A DNA stretch of 64,000 bases from an uncultured Actinomycetota bacterium (GTDB taxonomy: Bacteria; Actinomycetota; Actinomycetes; Streptosporangiales; Streptosporangiaceae), in the NCBI GenBank assembly GCA_963805805.1, contig CAWDVS010000026.1, positions 187,333 through 251,332 on the forward strand. Direction: 5' to 3'. Every line of letters begins with the position of its first letter. Within the stretch, counting starts at the first letter, position 1. Both the position numbers and the translations under genes were made by a program. Below, one piece after another: positions 29,593-40,072 of this stretch. Under the pieces are notes generated by a model. The model was not told where the DNA came from. It did no database searches and was given only the letters and a program-made list of their open reading frames with translations.

Positions 29593-30534
29593 ATGAACCA
29601 CCAGTTGACGGGGGGCGTGGTAACGGGCATGGACACAGCGAGAGGCTCGGGTGCGGGCATGCGGCTGCTGCTGCGGATCGCCGGAGCAGGGCTGCTAATT
29701 GCCACTGCGGCCATTCACCTGGACCTATATCTCACCGGATACCGAACAATTCCGACTATCGGCTGGCTTTTCCTGCTGCAGGTCATCACCGGATTCGGGC
29801 TCGGCTTGCTCGTGCTGGCGACCGGGGACCGGCTGATCGCGGCGGCGGGCGCCCTGTTCGCGGCGTCGACGCTGGGCGGGTATCTGATTTCCGTGCAATT
29901 CGGGCTGTTCGGCTTCAAGGAGGTCCGGACCACGGCCGGGATATGGGCCGGCATCTTCGAGGTGCTCGCGTTCATCGCGCTCGCGGTGCTGGCGGCCCTG
30001 CCCGGCAAGAGCGTGCTGCTGCGGACCGGGGCGGCTGGCGCCGGAGGAGGGCGCCAGCTGCCCCGGCAGGCCGAGCTCACCCGGTACGGCCTGCCCGCGA
30101 CGGGCGTCGTCGCCGTGGTCGCGGCGGTGCTACTCGGCGTGGTGCTGGCCGGGGCCGGCGGTTCGGCCTCGAGCGGGACAACGCCGGTAGCGGCCGGCGG
30201 TGCGACGCTCAGCACCCAGACGATCGGCGGGGTCAAGGTGCTGACGAACTCGAAGGGCCTAACCCTGTACACCTTCGCGCCGGACAAGGCGGGCAAGTCG
30301 ACCTGCTACGGGACCTGCGCGCAGTACTGGCCGCCGGTGGCCGGCCCAGCGCACGCTCCGGCCGGGGTCACCGGCACGCTCGGAACGACTCAGCGGACCG
30401 GCGGCGGCGTGCAGGTGACCTACAACGGCCGGCCGCTCTACACCTACGTCGGCGATAGCGGCCCTGGTCAGGCGCACGGCAACAACCTGAACCTGAACGG
30501 TGGCCTGTGGCACGAGGTGGTCGTCAGCCACTAG
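29593..30534 (+). CDS. membrane-anchored protein with C-terminal COG4315/PF03640-type secreted-repeat domain
   Basis: It has about 4 N-terminal TM segments. These are followed by two Y-x-F/Y-x-x-D units (LTLYTFAPDKAGKSTCYGTCAQYWPP; GRPLYTYVGDSGPGQAHG). Confidence 0.65.
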   Translation: MNHQLTGGVVTGMDTARGSGAGMRLLLRIAGAGLLIATAAIHLDLYLTGYRTIPTIGWLFLLQVITGFGLGLLVLATGDRLIAAAGALFAASTLGGYLISVQFGLFGFKEVRTTAGIWAGIFEVLAFIALAVLAALPGKSVLLRTGAAGAGGGRQLPRQAELTRYGLPATGVVAVVAAVLLGVVLAGAGGSASSGTTPVAAGGATLSTQTIGGVKVLTNSKGLTLYTFAPDKAGKSTCYGTCAQYWPPVAGPAHAPAGVTGTLGTTQRTGGGVQVTYNGRPLYTYVGDSGPGQAHGNNLNLNGGLWHEVVVSH

Positions 30535-30550
30535 CCGACGAGGCTCCCCA

Positions 30551-30603
30551 AAAGATCTTGGACACTTTGCGTTCTGCCAGAACGCAAAGTGTCCAAGATC
30601 TTT
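30551..30603. terminator. perfect 26-bp-arm inverted repeat, likely bidirectional terminator
   Basis: The arms are AAAGATCTTGGACACTTTGCGTTCTG-c-CAGAACGCAAAGTGTCCAAGATCTTT. The repeat lies between the stop at 30534 (+) and the stop at 30611 (-). Confidence 0.7.
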
Positions 30604-30610
30604 GGCTTGA

Positions 30611-31105
30611 TCAGCGGTAATTGACGAACTGGACGGCGAAGTCGAACTCCTTGCCCTTGATCAGGCCCTGCACGGTCTGGAGTTCGTCCTTCTTCTTGGA
30701 GAACACCCGCAGTTCGTCGCCCTGGACCTGGGCCCGGACGCCCTTGGGCCCTTCGTCCCGGATGATCTTGGAGATCTTCTTGGCGTCGTCCTGGGTGATG
30801 CCCTCCTTGAGCCCGACGTGGAGGCGGTACTCCTTGCCGGAGAGCTTGGGGTCATCGGCGTCCAGGACCTTGAGCGAGACGGCGCGCTTGACGAGCTTGT
30901 CCTTGAACACGTCGAGCACCGCCTTAGCGCGCTCCTCACTGTTCGCCTTGATCTCGACTGCCTGATCGCCGGACCAGGAGATGGAGGCGCCGACGCCGCG
31001 AAAGTCGAACCTGGTGCCGATCTCCTTGGCCGCCTGGTTCAGGGCGTTGTCCACTTCCTGATGGTTGATCTTGGACACGATGTCGAATGAGGATTCAGAT
31101 GCCAC
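30611..31105 (-). CDS. yajQ: YajQ family (UPF0234) nucleotide/c-di-GMP-binding protein
   Basis: The sequence [37 protein letters not shown] and the 164-aa length are typical. Confidence 0.85.
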   Translation of the reverse strand: MASESSFDIVSKINHQEVDNALNQAAKEIGTRFDFRGVGASISWSGDQAVEIKANSEERAKAVLDVFKDKLVKRAVSLKVLDADDPKLSGKEYRLHVGLKEGITQDDAKKISKIIRDEGPKGVRAQVQGDELRVFSKKKDELQTVQGLIKGKEFDFAVQFVNYR

Positions 31106-31244
31106 GAGCCCAGGTTATCGCCGGTGCCGGTCATCCGGCGGTCATGGCGCGGCAGTCGGTATGGCGGGGTCGTGCCAGGCGGTGCTGAAGAACGGGCGCT
31201 CTTCCGCTATCCTTCACAGTGCCCGTTCTGTGGGACGGCGCCAA

Positions 31245-31329
31245 GGCAGGTTGCCCGAGTGGCCAAAGGGAGCGGTCTGTAAAACCGTCGGCTCAGCCTA
31301 CGTTGGTTCGAACCCAACACCTGCCACCA
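31245..31329 (+). tRNA. tRNA-Tyr: tRNA-Tyr (anticodon GTA), class II with long variable arm, encoded CCA
   Basis: I folded the cloverleaf by hand. The acceptor stem is GGCAGGT/ACCTGCC. The anticodon stem is GCGGT/ACCGT with loop CTGTAAA. The variable hairpin is GGCT-ca-AGCC. The T arm is GTTGG-TTCGAAC-CCAAC. The discriminator is A, followed by CCA. Confidence 0.9.
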
Positions 31330-31371
31330 TGTTGATCTCTCAACACATCGAGGACACCGCGAACCTGCGTT

Positions 31372-31760
31372 AGGTCGGCGGTGTTTTCGTATTCCTGGCG
31401 CCGGCCGGCCGGCCGGTGGCCTGGTAGGCGCGGTCGGGGTTGAGGGTGAGCTGGCGGAGGAGAGCTCGCCGGTGATTGCGTGGGTGATCCGGATGTTCAG
31501 GTCCTGGACGAGCAGCTGGACGAGTTGCCCGGCGGCGTCCAGCAGGGCCTGCAGGTCGGCGAGGGTGGCGGGCCGGGGTCCTGGGCGGCCAGCCATTTCA
31601 TCAGGGTCTGCCAGAACCGCTCCGCCTAGCTTGCGTCTGGGGGTGGTTCGGCTTCCCGTTCTTCCGCCGGACGCCCAGGCGGCGCAGCTCGTGCTCGAGG
31701 CCGTTTCGGCCGCCCTTCCCGCCGGCCAGCCGGGTGGTGAACACCATTCCGTTGAATATC
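31372..31760 (-). mobile_element. IS481-like (rve/DDE integrase-core) transposase remnant: C-terminal third only, multiply frameshifted and internally deleted
   Basis: Minus-strand pieces lie in three frames: NGMVFTTRLAGGKGGRNGLEHELRRLGVRRKNGKPNHPQTQ / ERFWQTLMKWLAAQ / PRPATLADLQALLDA...LLVQDLNIRITHAITGEL / LRQLTLNPDRAYQATGRPAG. No HTH or first DDE residues are present. Confidence 0.65.
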
Positions 31761-31908
31761 GGTCCAGGTTGCGGCTGGCGCGCCATGGGCTCCGCCGCAC
31801 CGCGACCGCCCGCCAGACCGCAATCGACGACCTCATCCGCGACGCCGGACTCGCCGCATAACCAACACCCAGCTGCAACTTGGCTCAATCAAACCGACCT
31901 CTTCGGAC

Positions 31909-31935
31909 CTAGCCGGGCTAGCCGGGCTAGCCGGC
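31909..31935. repeat. 3 x 9-bp tandem repeat (CTAGCCGGG) spanning the WS/DGAT stop codon
   Basis: The units are ctagccggg ctagccggg ctagccggc. On the minus strand this gives three in-frame TAG stops 9 nt apart. Confidence 0.85.
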
Positions 31936-33572
31936 GATCGGATGCCTCCCCGCCGGACCGGACGGAAATTGCTTGCCGCCGCGAGGCGTCGTTGCCGACT
32001 TTGCGGTCTTTGCCCCTTTCGAAGTCTTCGGGGCTTTAGCGCTCTTCGCGGGTTTCGAAGTCCCGTGGGCCGTCGGAGCCACCGCCGGCGCTGAGGCCGT
32101 CGCTCGCGGTGAAGCCTCGCCAGCCAGCCCAGCTGTCGATCCTTCTGCGTGCTCGTGCTCGCCCGCCTGCACATTCTGGGTGTAGTTCTCGGCAGCCTTG
32201 ACGAGCTCGGCGACGCCTTCCTCGATTGCAGCGGCCAGCACGGCTATGTCCGGGGTAGTGGTGTAGTCGCTGGTGATGCCGAAGGTGACCTGGCCGCAGT
32301 AGGTGAAGATAGAGATCCCGGTGCGCAGCGTAGTGGCGATGGGGACGTACGGGATGATTTCGACCAGCCGGCGGCCAAGCCCGTACAGCGGCTGCTGCGG
32401 CCCGGGGACGTTCGTGGTGACCGTGACGATCTCGCGCTGCGGAAGGCTGAAAGCGAGCCGGACGAACATCGACGCCAGGGCGAACGGCGCGTAGCGGCCG
32501 CAGGGAAACGATTGCCTCGCCGGCCTTAGCTTCGTTACTCTCTTTCAGGGCCGCCATCTGCGTCCTGATCGCGGCAAGGCGCTCCGACCGGATCGGCGAT
32601 ATCGACTGGAAGGTTAGCCACAAGGGCTGACACCCGGTTCTCGTAAATGCTCTCCTCGCCCTCGCTGCGAAGCGACACGGGAACCAGCGACGGGATCATG
32701 GACGGTGTCGGCTCTTCCCCGCGGGCCAGCAGCAGTGCGCGGAAGCCGCTGCTGATCGCGGCCAGGAAGACGTCGTTAACGGTGCCGCCAAGAATGTTCT
32801 TGATCATTTTTACGTCGGCGAGCGATGCCCTGGCCCACATGTACCGGCGCTGCCGGCCGATCGGACCACTCAGCGACGACCTGGCCGCCGGCGGCAGTGC
32901 CTGAGCCAGGCGCTCGACGCCACGCAACGTTTGGGTCGCCTGCCGGACGGCAGCCTGCGGGTTCGCCAGCGCGCGCTGGATCACGCCGCCATCTTGCAGT
33001 AGAAGCAGCGTCGAGCCCAGGGCCGCCCTCGCGGCCAGCTCAAGCCCTGTTGGCTCAGGCGGCACGGGCCGTTCCTGCACGTCGGGCAGCGGTGGTGGCT
33101 CAGGGGAAGCATCGAAGATCACGCGGTAGAGGTCAGTGGCCGACACGCCATCAACCATGCAATGGTGCACCTTGGATATCAGCGCCCACCGGCCCTGGTC
33201 GAGCCCCTCGACCAGCCAGTACTCCCACAGCGGGTAGTCACGGTCCAGGCGCTGCGTCATGACCCGCGCCATCAGCCGGCGAAGCTGCTGGTCACCGCCG
33301 GGCGCCGGCAGGGCGGTCTGCCGGACGTGGTAGCGGAGGTCGAAATTCGGGTCATCAACCCAAACTGGCGGGCCCAGATTGAACGGCACCTTGCGGAGCT
33401 TCCTGCGGTAGATCGGCACCAGCGGCAAGCGCCGGCGAATCGCCGCAAGGAACTCCTCGTACGAAGGTGCGGGTCCGTCGAAAACTGCGATCGAGGCAAT
33501 CGCGAACGAAGCGTTCCGGTCCTGGTCCTCCGCGTCAATGAAGGACGCATCCAACGAGTTCAGCACCTCCAT
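31927..33572 (-). pseudogene. wax ester synthase/diacylglycerol acyltransferase (WS/DGAT) with two frame disruptions (about 32585 and 32500) and a Lys/Ala-rich C-terminal tail
   Basis: The ATG at 33572 follows GGAGG. It has the HHCMVDG active-site motif (HHxxxDG). The middle part (PIRSERLAAIRTQMAALKESNEAKAGEAIVSL) and the C-terminal part (REIVTVTTNVPGPQQPLY) are in other frames. Confidence 0.8.
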
Positions 33573-33756
33573 GACCCAACCTCCATGACACCACATCGAA
33601 ATTTCGGTCGACCGCCGCAACGCACCGGCTGTCGCCATTTCGGGGTTATCGTAGGCACGGCTCAGCCGCGCCCGGTATGGCCGATGGTCCCGACCTGGGA
33701 GACTTTCGGCTCCGCGGGACCTTCGGCCCTGCTGCCATGCGGCCGGCGGGCGCACC

Positions 33757-35560
33757 ATGGACTTTCGCGTGCTCGCGGACGGGGTGAGGGCGATGGGTGG
33801 ATCCACTGGTTCGCAGGACTATGACGTGCTGGTAATCGGCTCGGGCTTCGGTGGCTCGGTGACTGCTCTACGGCTCGCTGAGAAGGGCTACCGAGTGGGC
33901 GTGCTGGAGGCAGGGCGCAGGTTTGAGGACGCTGACTTCCCCAGCACCTCCTGGGATGTCCGCCGGTTCCTGTGGGCGCCGAAGTTCGGCTGCTTGGGTA
34001 TCCAGCGGATCCATGTGTTGCGGAATGTGATCATCCTGGCTGGCGCGGGAGTTGGCGGCGGGTCGCTGGTATACGCGAACACGCTGTATCGACCGACGTC
34101 GGACGCCTTTTACGGTGATCGCCAGTGGGCACACATCACCGACTGGCGGGCTGAGCTGGCGCCGTATTACGACCAGGCAGAGCGCATGCTGGGTGTGATC
34201 CAGAACCCGACGATGACGCCGGCAGATGAGGTCATGCAGGCGGTAGCCGCCGAGATGGGGGTAGGCGCCACGTTCAGCATGGCGCCGGTAGGGGTGTTCT
34301 TCGGCCGGGAAGGCCAAAAGGAGCCCGGTGTCGAGGCCGCCGACCCGTTCTTCGGGGGTGCGGGCCCCAGCCGCCGAGGCTGCCTGGAGGTCGGGGAGTG
34401 CATGACTGGCTGCCGGCACAACGCAAAGAACACGCTGGTAAAGAACTACTTGTACCTGGCCGAGAAGGCCGGCGCGACAGTGCATTCCGAGACCACGGCG
34501 GTCGCGGTGCGCCCGCTGGACGATCTCGGGTACGAGGTGCGCGCAGTGCGTACTGGCACCTGGCGAGCCGCGCGGACAGCACGCTCATTCACAGCCGGAC
34601 AGGTGGTGTTCGCGGCCGGGACATGGGGCACGCAGCAGCTGCTGCACAGGATGAAGGCTTCCGGCTCGCTGCCGGAGACCTCCGCGATGCTAGGCGTTTT
34701 GACCCGCACGAACTCCGAGGCTCTCGGCGGCGCCCTGACGAAAATGCGCGACCGGAAGGAACAGGACTTCACCCAGCGGAGTGGCCATCACTTCGTCGAT
34801 CCACCCGGACGAGTACACCCACATCGAACCTGTCCGTTACGGCAAGGGCTCGAACGCGATGGGACTGCTCAGCACGATTATGACCGACGGGGGAGGGCAG
34901 GTCCCCCGCTGGCTGAAGTGGCTTGCGCAGGCGACGCGTCACCCAGGGCAGCTTGCGTCGCTCTACGCCGGACTCGGCCACTGGTCCGAGCGTGCCGTGA
35001 TCGGGCTTACGATGCAGACGCTCGACAACTCGATCACGGTTTACCCGAAACGCACTCGGCTCGGCCGGGTCAAGCTTGCTTCGAGGCAAGGGCACGGCGT
35101 TCCGAGCCCGACGTGGATTCCCGTCGCCAACGACGCGATGCGCCGGGTCGCTGCCCGACTCGGCGGCTTCCCCCTCAACAGCGTCGGCGAGATGGTCAAT
35201 ATCCCGATGACGGCGCACTTGCTCGGCGGCTGCGTCATCGGCGACTCACCGGAGAGCGGCGTAGTCGACCCCTATCATCGCGTCTACGGGCATCCCGGGC
35301 TGCACATCGCAGATGGCTCTGCCGTCTCGGCGAACTTGGGCGTCAACCCGGCACTGACGATCACGGCCCAGGCCGAGCGGGCGATGGCGCTGTGGCCGAA
35401 CAAAGGCCAACCGGACCCCCGGCCTCCACTGGGCAGCTCCTACCAGCGCGTGGCGCCCACGGCGCCGCAGAGCCCAGCCGTGTCGCCGTCGGCGCCCGCA
35501 GCGCTCAGGCTGCCGATAGTGAGATCCGTTAGCCCACCGTCCTCACCGAAACCGCCATAG
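33757..35560 (+). pseudogene. GMC family oxidoreductase (cholesterol-oxidase-like), frame-disrupted at about 34777
   Basis: It has the FAD fold DVLVIGSGFGGSVTALRLAEKGYRVGVLEAG. The junction DFTQ|GVAITSSIHPDE needs removal of one base. The C-terminus reads HLLGGCVIG...VVDPYHRVYGHPGLHIADGS. Confidence 0.8.
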
Positions 35561-35593
35561 AACAGTCGCGGGCTGAAGTGCATCGGGTCGCGC

Positions 35594-37986
35594 TCATAGA
35601 GGTGATACGTCCATGCCACGAGGCAGCCGCTTGATCACGACTGGAGCGCCTGGGCTCAGCAGGTGCGGCTCGTCGCGGACGGTGACTTCTAGCGGGTCGC
35701 CATCGTCAACGACGTAGCGCTCCTCGTCGTGGGTGAGCTGAACCCGGATCTGCCGGTCGCAGAAGCGCAGTGAGAAGGCTAGTTCGTTCCAGCGCTGCGG
35801 GAGCCTGGGCGCGAAGGACAGGTGGCCGTCAAAGTCCCGGACGCCGCCAAACCCGAATACCAGAGATGACCATACGCCCGCGGCAGAGGCGATGTGGACT
35901 CCGTCCGAGGCGTTTCCCGCGACGTCGGCCAGATCCATGAGCAGCGCGTAGTCGAAGTACTCGAGAGCCTGGCGCTCTTCGCCTATCTCTGCGGCGATGA
36001 TGCTCTGCACGCACGCCGACAGGGACGAATCGCCGGTAGTGATGGGATCGTAGTACTCGAAGTTCCGGCGCTTTTGTTCCGCGGAGAACTCGTCGCCAAG
36101 CAGGAACATCGCGAGCACGATGTCGGCCTGCTTGAGCACCTGATGCCGGTAGATCACCAGCGGATGGTAGTGCAACAGCAGCGGGAACTTGTCGCGAGGC
36201 GTGCTGTTAAGGTCCCACAGTTCTCGGCTGAGGAACGCGTCATCCTGGGGGTGAATGCCGCGCTCCTGGTCGAATGGCACGTGCATGGCTGCCGCCGCGC
36301 GCTCCCACGACTCCACGTCGCCGGGCTGCAGCGTCACTGCGCGGACGAGCGCGGCGTAGTCAGCCGGTCGCTGGTCACGCAGCTCGCGCACGGTGGAGGC
36401 GGCGAATTTGAGGTTCAGCCGTGCCATGAGGTTGGTGAAAGTGTTGTCGTTGACCACGGTGGTGTACTCGTCGGGTCCGGTCACGCCGTGAATGTGGAAC
36501 CGGCCGTCGGTGTCGTAGAAGCCGAGGTCCTCCCAGAGTCGGGCGGTCTCGACGAGAACCTCAGCGCCGATCTCGGCGAGCACGCGTGCGTCGCCGCATA
36601 CGGCGCTGTAGCGCCTGATCGCATATGCGATATCGGCGTTGATGTGGTACTGGGCGGTGCCCTGCTGGAAATTGGGCGACGCCTCCTCGCCGTTGATAGT
36701 CCGCCAGGGGAAGAGCGCGCCACGCTGATTCAACTCGCGCGCCCGGTCCCGCGCGCGATCGAGCATGCTGTGGCGGAAACGCAGGAGGTTACGGGCGATT
36801 CTCGGTTGGGTGTAGGACAAGAATGGCAGCACGTAGATCTCGACGTCCCAGAAGTAGTGCCCCTCGTAGGCATGCCCGGTCAGCCCCTTCGCGGGAACGC
36901 CGCTGCCCTCGGCTCGCCATGTCGCCTGCGCGATCTGGTAGAGGTTCCACCGGATCGCCTGCTGCTGCCGCACAGGATTGAGCGGGGCCTGAACGCGCAC
37001 GTCGGCGCGGTCCCAGAACCGGTCGAGATTCTCGCGCTGGCTTGTGACGAGCGCGTTGAATCCGTCGCGGACCGTACGGTCCAGCGTGCGGCGGCACCGG
37101 GCGACGAGCTCGGGCGCGGGAGCGTGTCGGGACGACTGGTAGGTCGCGTACTTGGTGATCCGGATCGGCACACCGGGCAACGCGTCCGCCGTGACGGTGA
37201 TCTCGGCCAGATCATCGTGGAGAGAACCCACCGCGCGGAACGAGCAGTCGGTTTCGATGACGTGATCGACTCCGACGCCGAGCGTCATCAGGCTGCTGGT
37301 TGTCTGGTAGCCGAGCAGGATGCGTTGCTCGGCCAACTCGACGGCCTGCGCGTTGAGCACGCGGTGCGGCAGCACCGTCGCGAGGCGGGGATCGCGCGGC
37401 CGGTGCCAGGGTAGTGTTGTCCGGGGAGTCGGCTGTCCTGGCGGTTGAGAACCAGGGACGAGATGGCGACTGGCGCCGGCCCGTCGAGCAGCGTCACCTC
37501 GTACGTAATCGCGAGCAGATGGCGGTGCTCGAGCGAGACCATCCGGCACGAGCGGACCCGCACGTGCTTCCCTGCAGCGGTGGCCCACACGAGGTCACGC
37601 GTTAGCGTCCCGGCGCGCATGTCGAGGACCCGCGCATAGCTGAGTAGGTTCGCAGTCTGCACGAGCAGCGGCTCGTCATCCACGTAGAGCTGCAGTATTG
37701 TCGCGTCGGGCACGTTCACGATCGTCTGGCCCTTGCGTGCCAGCGCGGCAGCCTCTTCCGCGTGCACGATCGGCCACGTCTCGTGAAAGCCGTTGACGAA
37801 CGTTCCAGGGGAAAACGCCGGACGCCCCTCCTCGAAGCTGCCGCGGACGCCGACGAAACCGTTGCCGAGCGAAAAGACAGTTTCTGCGCGAGCGGCAAAG
37901 TCGTCCGAGTATCGCGCCTCGGTGACGCACCACTCGTCAGGCGGATACATCTGCTCTGGCGGCAAGACGATCTCGCGCTTAAGCAT
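35594..37986 (-). pseudogene. glycoside hydrolase family 65 (kojibiose/trehalose/maltose phosphorylase-like), frame-disrupted at about 37400-37440
   Basis: The N-terminal domain (FSLGNGFVGVRGSFEEG...) is in one frame. The catalytic (alpha/alpha)6 domain (YEGHYFWDVEIYVLPF..., ...TGDSSLSACVQS...) is in another. The change looks like a 1-nt deletion. Confidence 0.8.
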
Positions 37987-38212
37987 GATTCGACGGTAAT
38001 CCGGCGCGCGAGATAGTAACAGAGAACGCCGATCACGTTTTTGCCGGTGATCCTCTGGCTCGCTCCATAACGACGCCAGGATGAGCGGGCGCGCGTCGGA
38101 TGCCGTGCAAGTGTTCCGGGACCAATGGCTCTTAAATTCAGCGGGCGAGCGATACAGCATGGGTGTCTAGGGCGGGCCGGTCCAGCTCGCCATAACTGGC
38201 AGGCGGGCGACA

Positions 38213-39326
38213 GTGATGGCTGGAATGTCGGCAAGCTGGACGGTGGATGACCTCGGCCCGGCGAAGGTTGTCTTCCTGCGCCTCCCTGCGGGGGTGAACG
38301 CGGTCGTTGTCATCGACAACGTCGCGCTGGGCCCGGCGATTGGCGGCGTGCGGATGAGGCCCGGTGTCACAGCCACCGAGGTAGCACGGCTAGCGCGTGC
38401 CATGACAGTCAAGAACGCTGTGGTGGGGCTGCCGCATGGTGGCGGGAAGTCCGGCATAGCGGCACCGCCGGACTTGGCACCGGCCGATCACGAGCGGGTG
38501 ATCCGTTCTTTTGCCCGGGCGATCGAGCAGCTCACGGATTACATTCCGGGGCCGGACATGGGTACGACAGAGACCTCGATGGCTTACGTGCACGACGAGA
38601 TCTGCCGGGCGGTGGGCCTGCCCAGTGTGCTCGGGGGAATACCGCTGGATGAGCTCGGTGCGACCGGATTCGGCCTGGCGGTATGCGCCGAAGTCTTAGC
38701 CGAAGCCAAGGCGCTTGATCTTGGCGGGGCACGCGTCGTCGTCCAAGGTTTTGGCGCGGTCGGCAGCAACGCCGCGCGCGCAATCGGCGAGCGCGGCGCC
38801 ACCGTGATCGCCGTCTCGGACATCCTAGGTGCCACTTGGAACCCGGACGGGCTCGATATCGCGGCCGTCGCGGCGTACAAGCAGGCCACGGGCTCGGTCA
38901 CCGGATTCGCCGGCGGTACGATCTGTGCCACGAGATGACATCCTCGGCTTCGACTGCGACATCCTCGTTCCCGCCGCGCAGCCCGACGTCGTGACAACGG
39001 ACAATGCCGGCAAGATCAACGCCCGGGTGATCCTTGAAGGAGCCAACATTCCCGTTACCCGCGAGGCCGAGGCCGAACTGGCCGAGCGCGGCGTGCTCTG
39101 CGTCCCTGACGTGGTGGCGAACGCAGGCGGTGTCATCTGTGCAGCGGCCGAGTTCCGCGGGGCCGGCCACATCGAGGCATTCGCTGAAATCGAGGAGAAG
39201 ATCCGTGAAGCAACGAGCGAACTGCTGGACCGCACCGGCCGCGGCTCGCTGACTCCGCGCGCGGCGGCTGAACAGATGGCGGAGGCACGGCTGAGCAGGG
39301 CAGTTGCCCTGCGCCGAAGGTTCTGA
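38213..39326 (+). pseudogene. Glu/Leu/Phe/Val dehydrogenase family protein, frame-disrupted at about 38927
   Basis: It has the GLPHGGGKSGI catalytic-Lys motif and the VVVQGFGAVGSNAA Rossmann motif. The continuation PRDDILGFDCDILVPAA...ILEGANIPVT is in the +1 frame. Confidence 0.8.
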
Positions 39327-39391
39327 CGTGCTGACGTCGTGGCTCGCGCGTGCTGAGTGCAAGCTGCCCGGCGGAGTCGGGTGGCTAACGG

Positions 39392-40072
39392 ATGGCCGAG
39401 CGCCGCCACGCGGAGGGCATGCGTTATACCAAGCGCCGCATGGACTTCCTGCTCAACCGCTGGACCCTCAAGCTGGCCGTGAGCCGTGTGCTCGGCTGGC
39501 CCGACGATGACGCCGTGCTGGCGCGGATAGAAGGACGCACGGCCCGCGACGGCGCACCCGAGCTTTTCGTTGGCGGGCAGCCTGCTGCCCGCGGCATCTC
39601 GCTTACTGACCGGGCAGGCTGCGCTGCCTGCCTGGTTGCGGACGGGCCTGCCGCGATCGGATGCGATCTGGAACTCGTGGAAGCGCGCAGCGACGCGTTC
39701 GTGCATGACTACCTGACGGAGTCCGAGCGCGATCTGGTCGCAGCCGCTGGCCCGGCTCGCGACGTCGCCGCCAACCTCATCTGGTCAGCCAAGGAGAGCG
39801 CGCTGAAAGTGCTCCGCACCGGCCTGCGCCGGGATACCAGGTCGGTCGAGGTGACCGTGGAAGACCTGACGCCACCGGAGCGGGCCTGGTCTCCGCTCCA
39901 GGTCCGTGCCGTCGAGGGCCTCACTTTCGGCGGCTGGTGGCGGCGGAGCGGATCGTTCGTGCTTACCGCATGCGCATCCGGACAACTCCTGCCGCCGGCG
40001 GCGCTGGAGGGAATCTCGCCGCTGGACGAGCTGTCTCCCTCGCATACCTGGCTGCACCGGCCGCTGGCATAG
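39392..40072 (+). CDS. Sfp-type 4'-phosphopantetheinyl transferase (N-terminus probably extends to about 39316 in another frame)
   Basis: It has GCDLELVE (Mg-binding D..E) and WSAKESALK (W/FxxKE(A/S)xxK). The upstream frame encodes VLTSWLARAECKLPGGVGWLTDG, which reads into ERRHAEGMRYTKRRMDFLLNRWTLK. Confidence 0.8.
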   Translation: MAERRHAEGMRYTKRRMDFLLNRWTLKLAVSRVLGWPDDDAVLARIEGRTARDGAPELFVGGQPAARGISLTDRAGCAACLVADGPAAIGCDLELVEARSDAFVHDYLTESERDLVAAAGPARDVAANLIWSAKESALKVLRTGLRRDTRSVEVTVEDLTPPERAWSPLQVRAVEGLTFGGWWRRSGSFVLTACASGQLLPPAALEGISPLDELSPSHTWLHRPLA

